NCBI GenBank assembly: GCA_963674595.2
Contig: CAXXFV010000016.1
Coordinates: 448,001 to 512,000, forward strand
Source: a bacterium
Lineage (GTDB): Bacteria; Zhuqueibacterota; Zhuqueibacteria; Residuimicrobiales; Krinioviventaceae
Direction of reading: 5' to 3'
Length of the DNA: 64,000 bases
The number at the start of each line of letters is the position of its first letter. Position 1 is the stretch's first letter. A program made the translations under genes and the position numbers. Below the pieces are notes generated by a model. The model was given only the letters and a program-made list of their open reading frames with translations, had not been told where the DNA came from and did no database searches. Shown here piece by piece: positions 51,076 through 61,198 of the stretch.

Positions 51076-51127
51076 ATACAGATTTTTTATTTCCCTTAAA
51101 ACCCTATATCTATCGGAAGGAGTTAAC

Positions 51128-51883
51128 TTGGCTACATTAATCCCCGTGGGCGTATCAAACCGGCACATGCATCTTTCCCGTGAAGTTATGGACGCTTTGT
51201 TCGGTCCGGGAAGTGAACTGCAAGTATACCGGAATCTGCGTCAAAAGGGAGAATTCGCTTCTGCACAATCTGTTGAAATGATCGGTCCAAAGGGTTCTTT
51301 TGCTAAAGTTCGAATTCTTGGTCCGCTTCGTCCCAAACTTCAAATTGAAGTTTCTAAAACCGATGCTATTCATTTGGGAATAAATCCCCCTATTGGTAAA
51401 TTTGACAAGCTTCCTAACGGAGAATCAATTACTTTAAAAGGTCCTCACGGATCTGTTAAAGTTGGTGAAAATATTATGATTTCACGGCGTCATATTCACA
51501 TCAGCCCGGATGACGCTAAAGAAATTGGTGTTAAAGACCAGGACACAGTTTTTGTTTCACCTGTTGCTGTTTCCGGTGATCCGGCTGAATCCCGGATGTG
51601 TATTTTCAGTAATGTTCTTGTTCGTGTTAATGAAACTTTTGTTATAGAGATGCATATTGATACGGACGAAGCTAATGCTTCCGGCTTAAAGTCCGGTGAT
51701 CAGGTTTTTGTTGTACAAAGCAGCCTGGGTGTATATACGGAAATGCCCAGCAAAAAGCTTGTAACCGAACAGGATGTTCGTAAAGCCATTATGCAGAAAC
51801 AAAAAATCAGACTGCAAAAAGGAACACTCGTAACACCCGCAGCCCGAGATTTGGCAAAAGAGCAAGATGTATTTTTAACTTAA
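51128..51883 (+). CDS. pduL: phosphate propanoyltransferase/phosphotransacylase PduL with C-terminal extension
   Basis: VSNRHMHLS, RILGPLR..QIEVSKTD, RRHIHISP, EMHIDTDEANA; TTG start after GAAGGAG. Confidence 0.88.
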   Translation: MATLIPVGVSNRHMHLSREVMDALFGPGSELQVYRNLRQKGEFASAQSVEMIGPKGSFAKVRILGPLRPKLQIEVSKTDAIHLGINPPIGKFDKLPNGESITLKGPHGSVKVGENIMISRRHIHISPDDAKEIGVKDQDTVFVSPVAVSGDPAESRMCIFSNVLVRVNETFVIEMHIDTDEANASGLKSGDQVFVVQSSLGVYTEMPSKKLVTEQDVRKAIMQKQKIRLQKGTLVTPAARDLAKEQDVFLT

Positions 51884-51920
51884 CTTAATTTGAAAATCCA
51901 TTGTTTTTTGGATAAACAAG

Positions 51921-52421
51921 ATGGATGTTCTTTATTACTCTATTTATACATGGGAATTGGCTGATATTTATGTTGCTGCAACAGTAAATGGTATCAGCCA
52001 TGTTTGTTTTGGAAAATCAGATTTTTTAGGTTTTCCTCAATATCAAAAGAATGTGAATTTTGAAAGGGATGACGGGTTTTTTAAAGCACTTTTTTCAATG
52101 TTTGATCGTTATTTTCAAGGTGAAAAAGAACTGTTTGAAAATATTTCTCTGGATTTAAAAAGTGGTACGGAATTTCAAAAAAGTGTTTGGAATCAGGTTC
52201 AAAAAATACCCTATGGTCAAACAGTGAGTTATGGGCAGATTGCTGAAAAAATTGGAAATAATAAAGCTGTTCGGGCAGTCGGCGCTGCAAACGGAGCGAA
52301 CCCGGTTCCTATTTTGATCCCATGTCACCGTGTTGTTCAGTCTGATGGAAAACTTGGAGGCTACGGTGGAGGTGTGGAAATTAAAGATGCTTTGCTTCGT
52401 CTTGAAGGAGTCCTTGTTTGA
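51921..52421 (+). CDS. ogt: methylated-DNA--protein-cysteine methyltransferase
   Basis: GTEFQKSVW, IPYG...SY, RAVGAANGANP, IPCHRV active site. Confidence 0.93.
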   Translation: MDVLYYSIYTWELADIYVAATVNGISHVCFGKSDFLGFPQYQKNVNFERDDGFFKALFSMFDRYFQGEKELFENISLDLKSGTEFQKSVWNQVQKIPYGQTVSYGQIAEKIGNNKAVRAVGAANGANPVPILIPCHRVVQSDGKLGGYGGGVEIKDALLRLEGVLV

Positions 52422-53194
52422 ATGAGGTATTTGCAGCAAATTTTAGGATTTTAGCAGACGGGCCATTTGAACATAAAAATATCCATGTAACCTGGAACAG
52501 CGAACCATTAAAACTTTTTCCGGCTGTAAAAAAACAAGTGGACACTTTTTGGGAATTATTATCAAAAAGTTATCTCTATAATGGCCGGCTGGTTCGTTTG
52601 GATGCCTGGAGTAGTGATAATAGTTCATTAAATTTACAGCTTAGTTTGTCGGAATATAAATTGTTAATGTATTCCAACAAGAATGCTGATTATATTTTTA
52701 CGAAATGGGGTCATTCCCAGCTTTCACGAGCACTCGGTCTGAATGCCATTGTTTGCACAAATGACGATCGTTTCGTACTGATTCAGCGTAGTAAAAATGT
52801 CGGCGAGTATCCGGGAAAAATAGATATTGTCGGCGGTCATATTGATTATGAAAAAGTAGAGTCGCCTGTAGAAATTTTTTCTGCTGTTTATAAGGAACTA
52901 AATGAAGAAATAGGACTGGAAAGTACGTTTTGTTCTGCAACGTGTCTTGCCCTTTTTGAAACAACGGCAAACATGAAACCAGAATTGGTTTTTTATATTA
53001 AAACAAACCTGGACTTTTCAGACATAAAAAGAGCAGCGGAAACTGCTGTAGATTCTTTTGAATATGAAAATTTATTTTCAATTTCTGCGCAAAGTGAGGA
53101 GATTTACCGGTATATAGCACAATATCATAATGAAATAACGCCCTCTGCATTAGGATCAATTTATTTTTATTTAAAATTGGCAGAGGTTTCTTAA
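52418..53194 (+). CDS. Nudix hydrolase (NUDT22-like)
   Basis: YNG, RALG, RS..V..YPG....GGH, ELNEEIGL, KPE. Confidence 0.7.
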   Translation: MNEVFAANFRILADGPFEHKNIHVTWNSEPLKLFPAVKKQVDTFWELLSKSYLYNGRLVRLDAWSSDNSSLNLQLSLSEYKLLMYSNKNADYIFTKWGHSQLSRALGLNAIVCTNDDRFVLIQRSKNVGEYPGKIDIVGGHIDYEKVESPVEIFSAVYKELNEEIGLESTFCSATCLALFETTANMKPELVFYIKTNLDFSDIKRAAETAVDSFEYENLFSISAQSEEIYRYIAQYHNEITPSALGSIYFYLKLAEVS

Positions 53195-53228
53195 CGTATA
53201 AAGGCGTGATGATAAGAAAGGGCTTAAA

Positions 53229-53693
53229 GTGGAATACTCGGAAACTTTAAAAAGTAATATGGATGATAATTGGACACTTGAAGTTCCAGGTGAAGGTGGT
53301 GAACAACTTGAATTCCCTGATATTAACCATGTTGTAGTCAGTGGCCGGTTGGTTCAAGATCCACCTATTAGAAAAACACGTAGAGGAATTATTGTAACAA
53401 ATTTTCTCATTACCACTTGCCCTGATCACAAAAGTTTGGATATTGATGAATGTGAACGAAATAAATGTTGTGTGAGTATCGTTGTTTGGGGACGTCAGGC
53501 TGCTCAATGTAACAAATATCTAAAAAAGGGGAGCCGGGTTTTAATTATGGGCGAGTTGCAGTCCATGCCTAATTTTAAACCACAGGAAGGGTTCTTCCCG
53601 GTACAGGTCAGTGCTCAATGGATACAGTATTTGGATAATATATCATCTGAAGTTAATTTTAATGATGAACAAGACGATTTGTTGGAAAGTTAA
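53229..53693 (+). CDS. ssb: single-stranded DNA-binding protein paralogue (OB fold)
   Basis: INHVVVSGRLVQDP, IVVWGRQA..C.KYLKKGSRVLIMGELQS, V.A..IQYLD. Confidence 0.75.
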   Translation: MEYSETLKSNMDDNWTLEVPGEGGEQLEFPDINHVVVSGRLVQDPPIRKTRRGIIVTNFLITTCPDHKSLDIDECERNKCCVSIVVWGRQAAQCNKYLKKGSRVLIMGELQSMPNFKPQEGFFPVQVSAQWIQYLDNISSEVNFNDEQDDLLES

Positions 53694-56347
53694 TAACCAA
53701 GGGCGCTTGGCATCCCACCATGTTTTTCAACTTTAATATCTTTTAAACGATCTGCCTTGACATTAATAATGAAATAAATTCTTTTCCCATAACCGTTCGG
53801 CACCCATTCTATTCTTGCTTCCCAACAGTGTAGGTCTCGTTGAATGTCTATTGAATGATATGAAATTTCTTTTGTATTCAGGTCATACTGTGCACGGTAG
53901 CCGATACGCCAGTTTTTTGTAATGTTAATTTCTGCTCCGCTAACGTCCAGATAATATCTTTTTGTCGGATAATTGGGATTGGTTTTATATGTTGAAAAAT
54001 TGAAACCCAGGTTCATTTGCCAGGGGATATTCAGGGATTTGAATTTTCTATCGCTTTCAAATCGGTCTCCTGCGTTTTCCATATCTTCTTCCAGGACGGA
54101 TTGTTCGTATTCATTGTCTTCTTCCGAATATGGCATCATGTCTCCTGAAGGACGTGTTTGCTGGTTTGATTTTCCTTTGCTGCTTTTGCCTTTTAAGCGA
54201 ATCGAAAAACTCATTCGTGTTGAAGTTGTTTGCAGAAATTTTCCTTTTTTCCACCCGGATGAAAAAATGTAATCATTACTGCGTTTATTGTTTTCATCAT
54301 CCCATTTATAAAAACTATGTGTTGTATAGGCGCTCAAACTGAAATTTTTAGCAGGATTTGCTTGCCATGTTGTTCTAAAATCGGAAAGCCGGTTTTTTTC
54401 AGCGTTAAAATTATACCCGGTACCAAAGTCCATGGTGAATAGATCGAATTTTTTCTCGTTTTCACCAGTGCCTTTTTTCATTTGAAACAAGTTGCGGACG
54501 CTTAAACTGACTAGCTTTTGGCCGTAACTCGATGTAGTCCCTCCAAATTTATCTTTGGCAATTTTTTCTCCGGTTGTATCGGCAATTTCAGTATAATATC
54601 CCCATTTCAGATCAGAAAAATCCGGTCTGTAGGTAAATGAAACCGAAGGTGTTACAACATGACGAATTGCCTGAATGTCGCCGATACCCGGCCTGAACAT
54701 TCCGTATATTTTTGTATTAGCAGAGGCATTGTAACTAAAGGTGTGTCTTGCAGCATAATCTTTTACGGTTTGGTCTTTAATGGTATTTGTTGAATCAACC
54801 AGGTAATATTCTGTCATTTCATCAAACCACTCTTCTGTACCGTTAAGCGTTTGGTTGAGAGATAACCATCCGAAATATTTTTTAGGGCTTGTGAGAGATA
54901 ATGTCACATTATGTTTTATATTTCGTGTTGTTTCTGTCTCCTTTTCATCTTCCAAACCGGTTAGATATTCACTTTTTGAATTGAGCAGTGTTGAGTTGTA
55001 GGAATAATATAATGAATGGTACCATTTTGTGTTTCTGCCGGAACTCGATGAGCTTTTTGATCCCGATTTAAAAACTTGTGTTTGTCCTTTTCTAAAAGAA
55101 AGTTGAGGGAACGTTTGAGAAACCACATCGTCTTCAAGATCGTGGGTTCGTGAAGCATTGATGCTTAAACTGGTTTTTGATTTTGTCCAGGTTTTCGTAT
55201 AAGTTGCGTTAGACCGAACTTGTCTTTGTAACCTGGTACTCAGGTTTGTGCTGAGGTCATCATAAAAGTTTTTATCACTGACAAATGTTCCGTTAGCCAC
55301 AAGACGTGATGTGGGGCTGATTTGCTGTGAATGGCGGAACTGAAGGTCCCATCGTCTTGATTTATAGCCCCCGGTAAAATTTTTTCGTGTAAAAGAACCG
55401 GATATTGTTCCACTCAAGAGATACCGAACGGCATAATTGGTGGTATTTTTAAAAAGCCATCCGCTTTTTTCAAAAAAGTCCACCAACATAACGGTGTCAA
55501 AATAATCATTTGGTGCCCAGTAATAACCGAGGTCTCTTAAAAATCGTCCTTCCTGGGCGCTTTGCCCATAACGCGGTATTTTGATGCCGGATTGCCTTCC
55601 GGAGTGATGTGGAAAAACAGCAAAAGGCAGTGCTATAACCGGAATATGACCAAAATACATGACAATGGGTTTGGCAATGACTTTGTCGTTTGTTATCATT
55701 TTTAAACGACGTGCTGCAAAATGAAAGTGCGGGCAAGAGTCCCGGTCGCAGGTTGTAAAAACAGAATTGGATACATTAAACACATCTTTGGATACACGTT
55801 TTATCTGGGTTCCCAGATATTTTCCGCCTTCGAAATCGGTACGTCCGCGAATGACCCGACCTTTTTCTGTTTTGTAATTATACATCATTTTATCGCCGGC
55901 CATTTGCGAACCGCCGTCGATTAAAATAGGTTTTTCTTTTATTTCGATTGATATTGTAGAATCCTGAGAGGTCGAATCCGTTTTAACCCAGGTCGTATCT
56001 GCCAAAGGTTCTGCTGTAAGCAGGCTTTTATCCCAATCGATGGTAATTTTTCCGGCTTTTAAAGTCATCTGTTTATACTTAACAACGGCGTTGCCGATAA
56101 ATTGTGTTTGCCGGTTTTCTAAAAAATTAATAATCGTTTTGGCGTCGTAACTTATTGTTGTATCAATATCTGATTTTTTTTCTTTAACAACCGGTTCATC
56201 AGATTTTGTTGTGTCCGGTTTAATGGATTGGGTCGTATCCGCTTTGATGGAGATTGTTGTGTCCGGTTCTGCTGTCTGTGAGAGGACCGGCTTACAAAAA
56301 CCAAAAATTATAAGCATTATATATATATAGGATATTCTTAATTTCAA
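53690..56347 (-). CDS. lptD: LPS-assembly outer-membrane protein LptD (long form)
   Basis: OstA-like N-domain (GNAVVKY..MTLKAGKI), FTTCD...PHFHF, ALPF..FP, RQSG..IP.YG, RDLHCW. Confidence 0.82.
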   Translation of the reverse strand: MKLRISYIYIMLIIFGFCKPVLSQTAEPDTTISIKADTTQSIKPDTTKSDEPVVKEKKSDIDTTISYDAKTIINFLENRQTQFIGNAVVKYKQMTLKAGKITIDWDKSLLTAEPLADTTWVKTDSTSQDSTISIEIKEKPILIDGGSQMAGDKMMYNYKTEKGRVIRGRTDFEGGKYLGTQIKRVSKDVFNVSNSVFTTCDRDSCPHFHFAARRLKMITNDKVIAKPIVMYFGHIPVIALPFAVFPHHSGRQSGIKIPRYGQSAQEGRFLRDLGYYWAPNDYFDTVMLVDFFEKSGWLFKNTTNYAVRYLLSGTISGSFTRKNFTGGYKSRRWDLQFRHSQQISPTSRLVANGTFVSDKNFYDDLSTNLSTRLQRQVRSNATYTKTWTKSKTSLSINASRTHDLEDDVVSQTFPQLSFRKGQTQVFKSGSKSSSSSGRNTKWYHSLYYSYNSTLLNSKSEYLTGLEDEKETETTRNIKHNVTLSLTSPKKYFGWLSLNQTLNGTEEWFDEMTEYYLVDSTNTIKDQTVKDYAARHTFSYNASANTKIYGMFRPGIGDIQAIRHVVTPSVSFTYRPDFSDLKWGYYTEIADTTGEKIAKDKFGGTTSSYGQKLVSLSVRNLFQMKKGTGENEKKFDLFTMDFGTGYNFNAEKNRLSDFRTTWQANPAKNFSLSAYTTHSFYKWDDENNKRSNDYIFSSGWKKGKFLQTTSTRMSFSIRLKGKSSKGKSNQQTRPSGDMMPYSEEDNEYEQSVLEEDMENAGDRFESDRKFKSLNIPWQMNLGFNFSTYKTNPNYPTKRYYLDVSGAEINITKNWRIGYRAQYDLNTKEISYHSIDIQRDLHCWEARIEWVPNGYGKRIYFIINVKADRLKDIKVEKHGGMPSALGY
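56195..56266 (-). repeat. 3 x 24-bp imperfect tandem repeat encoding PDTTISIK/ADTTQSIK/PDTTKSDE
   Basis: Seen directly in the LptD N-terminal linker. Confidence 0.7.
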
Positions 56348-56368
56348 ATTGAATGATTTCTCGTATTT

Positions 56369-57691
56369 TTATCGTTTTCGTTTAGGCCATAATTGCAGCA
56401 GCCGTTCTTTAATTCGTTTTTCTATTCCGTTTTCTGTCGGTTTATAATAAATTTTTGTATTTTTCGGATCTGAAAAATAATTTTGTTCTACAAAACCATT
56501 TGTATCATGCGGATATTTATATCCGGAAGCATAACCCATTTTTTTCATTAAAGATGTCGGAGCATTTCGTAAATGCAGAGGAACATCTTTGGGTGTTTCC
56601 TCACGGACATCCGCAATAGCCTGGTTAATAGCCAGATATGAGGCATTGCTTTTTGGCGCTGATGCCAGATAGGTCGTTGCCTGTGCAAGCGTAATTCTGC
56701 CCTCGGGAAGCCCGATTTGCTGAATCGCCGCAAAAGCAGATGTAGCCACCATCAACGCATGCGGATCGGCATTGCCGATATCTTCAGACGCCAGGATGAC
56801 AAGTCGTCTGGCTATAAATTTTGGGTCTTCACCGGACTCTAACATTCGGGCAAGCCAGTAAATCGCAGCATCAGGGTCTGAGCCGCGAACACTTTTAATA
56901 AATGCCGAGATAACATCATAATGATATTCACCCTTTTTATCATATATCTGGGTGCGCCTTTGCATGGCTTCTTCAATGATTTTACGTGTTATATAACGTT
57001 TCTGGTCTTTATCGGGTTCCGTTAATTGTACGGCCAGTTCAAGAGCTGTTAAAACATTTCGTGCGTCACCACCGGCCAGTTGAATGAGGATCTTTTGTGC
57101 TTCTTTATCCAGTTTAATGTTTGCCTGTTTTAATTGCTGGTCCTGTTCCAGCGTTCTTTTCAAAATTTCATCCAGATCTTTTTCCGACAGAGATTCGAGT
57201 TTATAAACCCGGCAGCGGGACAACAAAGCAGAGATAACTTCAAAACTCGGATTTTCTGTGGTGGCGCCAATTAATAAAATTGTGCCGTCTTCAACACTGT
57301 GTAATAATGCGTCCTGTTGTGATTTATTAAAGCGGTGGATTTCATCTATAAATAAAATGGTTCGTTTATTCAGTTTTTTGTTTTCCTGTCCGCGTTGGAT
57401 CATTTTCCGAATATCCGCAACGCCGGACGTTACAGCGCTGATGCTGACAAAATCAGACCGTGTTTCCTGTGCAATAATTCTTGCCAAACTTGTTTTGCCA
57501 ACACCGGGCGGGCCCCATAAAATCATTGAAACTAGCTGGTCTGTTTCAATCGCCTTACGAAGAATTTTGTCTTTTCCCAAAAGGTGTTGCTGGCCTGCAA
57601 TTTCGCCTAGATTTGTCGGACGGATACGTTCAGCCAGTGGCTTATAAGTTTCTGTTTCGATCTTTTTATTCTTTTGTTCAAATAAATCCAT
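56369..57691 (-). CDS. rarA: replication-associated recombination protein A (MgsA/RarA)
   Basis: PLAERIRP, GPPGVGKT, DEIHRFNKSQQD, ATTENPSF, SAFIKSVRGSDPDAA, EDIGNADP. Confidence 0.95.
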   Translation of the reverse strand: MDLFEQKNKKIETETYKPLAERIRPTNLGEIAGQQHLLGKDKILRKAIETDQLVSMILWGPPGVGKTSLARIIAQETRSDFVSISAVTSGVADIRKMIQRGQENKKLNKRTILFIDEIHRFNKSQQDALLHSVEDGTILLIGATTENPSFEVISALLSRCRVYKLESLSEKDLDEILKRTLEQDQQLKQANIKLDKEAQKILIQLAGGDARNVLTALELAVQLTEPDKDQKRYITRKIIEEAMQRRTQIYDKKGEYHYDVISAFIKSVRGSDPDAAIYWLARMLESGEDPKFIARRLVILASEDIGNADPHALMVATSAFAAIQQIGLPEGRITLAQATTYLASAPKSNASYLAINQAIADVREETPKDVPLHLRNAPTSLMKKMGYASGYKYPHDTNGFVEQNYFSDPKNTKIYYKPTENGIEKRIKERLLQLWPKRKR

Positions 57692-57953
57692 TTGAATACC
57701 GGTAATTTTAAAAACTAGGAATTGGAAATTTAACGAAAAAACTCAGGAATAGCAAGTTACAAAAAATCATAAACTTTTTAATAATAGCAAGATTTGCCAA
57801 ATAAAAAGCAAATAAAGACAAAATATATATGATAAAAATGTTAGCTTTATTCTTATTTTCTGTAATCATTTATACGATTCCTGTTTTTAAAAAAATGTTA
57901 AATTTTTTAAAAAACAATGAAACAAAATAAGGAAAAATTCGTTATATTTGTTT

Positions 57954-57969
57954 TACCGAACGGTAGGTA
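57954..57969. promoter_or_regulatory. candidate TetR operator
   Basis: Imperfect palindrome TACCGAACGGTAGGTA, 30 bp upstream of the tetR ATG and just after TATATT. Confidence 0.55.
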
Positions 57970-57998
57970 TAAGATTGACGAATATTAATGGAATATGT

Positions 57999-58583
57999 AT
58001 GACCCAAACAATTACAGATACAAAGAAAACAATATTTAAAGTGGCTGCTCATTTGTTCGCACAAAAGGGATTCAAGGGCGTTTCCATGCGTGAGATTGCC
58101 GAGCAGGCCCAGGTTTCTAAACCAACAGTATATTATTATTTTGGAAGTAAAGAAGGGATTTATCGGGAACTCATTACAACCGGTTTTAATCATGTTTATA
58201 AAACAATGGATGAGATTTATGAGCTTGATATACCGGTGAAACTAAAACTTGTTCGTATTACGCAGCAGGCTTTTAATACATGTTTAAAAATGCCTGATTA
58301 TGTCAAAGTATTGATGGAGTTTGTTGAAAGAAATGATAAAAATTTACTAAACGGTGTGCTGGAGGAAGCTTTAGAAAAGTTTAAAGTTTTAACACAGTTA
58401 ATAAAAGACGGAATGGCAACACAAGAGTTTGGGGTGTCTGCGAATCCTGAACTGGCGGCAGCTATTATTAACGGGACTTTGAGACATTTCATCTCTATGC
58501 AGTTAAAAACTACTGAGAAAATTTTAACCGAACAGCTTGCTTTTGATATTATAGAAGTTCTGTTTAAGGGACTCAACGAATAA
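57999..58583 (+). CDS. TetR/AcrR-family regulator
   Basis: IFKVAAHLFAQKGFKGVSMREIAEQAQVSKPTVYYYFGSKE; start reassigned to ATG 57999. Confidence 0.92.
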   Translation: MTQTITDTKKTIFKVAAHLFAQKGFKGVSMREIAEQAQVSKPTVYYYFGSKEGIYRELITTGFNHVYKTMDEIYELDIPVKLKLVRITQQAFNTCLKMPDYVKVLMEFVERNDKNLLNGVLEEALEKFKVLTQLIKDGMATQEFGVSANPELAAAIINGTLRHFISMQLKTTEKILTEQLAFDIIEVLFKGLNE

Positions 58584-58642
58584 ATAGTATGTCATATCTG
58601 AATTGATTTTTAGAATATAGGAATTTGGAGGAGAATGATGTT

Positions 58643-60046
58643 ATGAAACGATTATTTTTAACTATTGCCACAATTATGTTCTTTTCAACTATAAATCCGG
58701 GGTTTGCACAGGATGAGTTAGAGCTTACTCTGGAAGGTTGTGTTGATTTGGCATTCAAAAAGAACCCGGAATTACAGATGGCTGAAAAACAGGTGGCCAA
58801 GGCGAAAGCATCTGTCTGGGAAAGCTATTCAACAATTTTGCCACAGGTCCAGGCATCGGCCAGTTTTCAGCGGGCATGGGAAATTCAGCAAACAACGATT
58901 CCCAATTTTATAAAATTAATGATGCCACCGGATTTGGGAAATTTAATTCCGGAATTACAAGGTATGCCGGACTATGTTCAAATAGCTTTTGGGCTTGAAA
59001 ATACCTACACCTATGGCGCTTCACTAACCCAGCCGTTGTTTCTCGGTGGTGCCGGTGTTGCCGGTGTAAAAATTGCCAGGTCTGCTTATCGGGCCTCTCA
59101 AAAGGAATTGGAAGCTCAACGGCAGGACCTTATTTTACAAACAACAAACGCATTTTATGCATGTCTTGTTGCTTCGGAAATTGTTACAGTACAGCAGGAA
59201 GCGCTTTCTCAGGCTGAGGAAAATTTTGCCACTGTTGAAAAAAAATATAACGTTGGTTCCGCATCGGGATTCGACAAGATGCGTGCCGAGGTAGAGGTTG
59301 CTAATTTAAAACCTCAGGTCATTACAGCGAAAAATAATTACAACTCTGCGTTGACAGGTTTGCGTACTGTTTTGGGGTTGGACCGTGATACCCTAATAAA
59401 AATACAAGGCAGTTTAACATTTGCAAATGATGACCTCAGTTCCATAAGTCTGGCTGATTTACAGAAAATGGCGCTGATAAAAAGGCCGGTTGTGCAGGCC
59501 CTTGATGAACAAAAAAATATTTCCAAAAAAAGTATTACAGTTGCAAAAAGTCAGTTTTTACCCAAACTGTTCTTTACAACAGATTATTCCTATTTGGCAA
59601 TGAAAGGTGATGATCCCTTATCAAAGCTGTCTCAGGATGATTTTAGTAAAGGATTTACTTCGGCAATTAGTTTACAAATACCGTTGTTTACGGGATTTAA
59701 AAATACAAAACAATATCAAAAGGCAAAAATCGATTATAATATTATGATGGATACTGAACGTCAGATGCAAAATAATATTGCTGCTGAAGTTGAAATTGCC
59801 TATAACAAATTTAAAGAAACACTGGAAAAATACGAGTCTGCCAACCAGTCTGTTGCTCTGGCAAAAGAAGCATTGCGGTTGGCAAACCTGATGTATGAAG
59901 AAGGTGCCAATACACAATTGGATGTTATGGGCAGCCGATTGGCATTGACCCAGGCACAATTGAATTTTATTTCCTCATTATACGAATATCAAATGGCCCG
60001 TTACCAGTTGAGACGGGTTACCGGTACGTTAAAAGGAATTTTATAA
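58643..60046 (+). CDS. TolC-family outer-membrane efflux protein
   Basis: LTLEGCVDLA..NPEL, two OEP repeats, LQIPLFTGF, YEEG..TQLDV. Confidence 0.9.
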   Translation: MKRLFLTIATIMFFSTINPGFAQDELELTLEGCVDLAFKKNPELQMAEKQVAKAKASVWESYSTILPQVQASASFQRAWEIQQTTIPNFIKLMMPPDLGNLIPELQGMPDYVQIAFGLENTYTYGASLTQPLFLGGAGVAGVKIARSAYRASQKELEAQRQDLILQTTNAFYACLVASEIVTVQQEALSQAEENFATVEKKYNVGSASGFDKMRAEVEVANLKPQVITAKNNYNSALTGLRTVLGLDRDTLIKIQGSLTFANDDLSSISLADLQKMALIKRPVVQALDEQKNISKKSITVAKSQFLPKLFFTTDYSYLAMKGDDPLSKLSQDDFSKGFTSAISLQIPLFTGFKNTKQYQKAKIDYNIMMDTERQMQNNIAAEVEIAYNKFKETLEKYESANQSVALAKEALRLANLMYEEGANTQLDVMGSRLALTQAQLNFISSLYEYQMARYQLRRVTGTLKGIL

Positions 60047-60073
60047 AATTTTGACACTATTTAGGAGATTAAA

Positions 60074-61198
60074 ATGAAACGATATAGAATTTTACTTTTT
60101 GCACTGTTGGCCATGTTTATGGTTTCAAGTTGTCAAAAAAATAACGCTGATGACAAAGTTGAAGAGGGTGTACCGGTTCAGGTGGAAACCGTTGCACTAG
60201 GCAATGTTATGCAGACATTAAGTTATTCCGGAGATATTAAAGCCGAGTTTGAAGTAAAGGTTTTTTCAAAAATCCCGGACCGCATTGAGAAATTTTTTGT
60301 TGATGACGGCGATGCTATTAAGAAAGGTGAACCAATTGCAAAAATTTTGGCTACAACTATTGAACAAGCCGTGAGACAAGCCGAAGCCGCCCTGGTCGCT
60401 GCAAAAGCACAGGAAGCAAACGTGCGTGTTGAATATGAACGTGCGCAACGGTTATATAAAGAAAGTGCTATGAGCAAGCAGCAATATGATGGTGTGGACA
60501 CACAATATGAGGCTGCAAAAGCACAATTGGAACAGGCTGAAGCCGCTTTGGTCAGTACAAAGAGCCAGTTTGACGATGCAACAATTACTGCACCTATTTC
60601 CGGTATTATTGGAAAACGTTATTATGAAACCGGCGATATGGCGAGTCCTTCTATGCCGGTGGTCAGTATTGTACAAATGGACCAGGTAAAAGTTACTTTT
60701 GATGCCCCCGAAGAAGACCTGGGGCGTTTAGCCGTGGGCCAGCCTTCAAAAGTAATTGTGAAAAGTTATTCGGATCGCAATTTTGAAGGCAAAATAGTTA
60801 AAATTAGTCCGATTTTAGATCCTATGACTCGTATGGCTGAAGTTGAGGTTTTAATTAAAAATCCGGCCCATTTGTTAAAACCCGGCATGTTTTCACGGGT
60901 TGAGGTTACGACAGGTGTTATAGAAAACTCGATGGTCGTTCCGAGATTTGCAACAATTGAAAACACAGCCACAAAAACCATAAATGGAAAAGATGAGGTC
61001 ATTCGAAATTATTATGTTTTTGTTGTTGATAGCAGCAAAGCATCCCAGAGAAAGCTGAATGTTAAATACGTTAACCATAAATGGATTGCTGTTGATTCTG
61101 GTATAGTCGTTGGCGAAAAGCTTGTTGTTGCCGGACAAAACAATCTGCGGGAAGGTTTGCCGGTTATCGTATCAAATGAGGAGGAAGAACAGCTATGA
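60074..61198 (+). CDS. RND efflux periplasmic adaptor (MFP) lipoprotein
   Basis: Lipobox SSC, V..GD.IKKG, ITAPISGII, LKPGMF. Confidence 0.92.
   Translation: MKRYRILLFALLAMFMVSSCQKNNADDKVEEGVPVQVETVALGNVMQTLSYSGDIKAEFEVKVFSKIPDRIEKFFVDDGDAIKKGEPIAKILATTIEQAVRQAEAALVAAKAQEANVRVEYERAQRLYKESAMSKQQYDGVDTQYEAAKAQLEQAEAALVSTKSQFDDATITAPISGIIGKRYYETGDMASPSMPVVSIVQMDQVKVTFDAPEEDLGRLAVGQPSKVIVKSYSDRNFEGKIVKISPILDPMTRMAEVEVLIKNPAHLLKPGMFSRVEVTTGVIENSMVVPRFATIENTATKTINGKDEVIRNYYVFVVDSSKASQRKLNVKYVNHKWIAVDSGIVVGEKLVVAGQNNLREGLPVIVSNEEEEQL

Noticed and set aside
51005-51127. N-terminal extension of PduL in the ORF track as an encapsulation peptide
   Set aside because: The region contains the predicted promoter and RBS, so the real start is probably TTG 51128.
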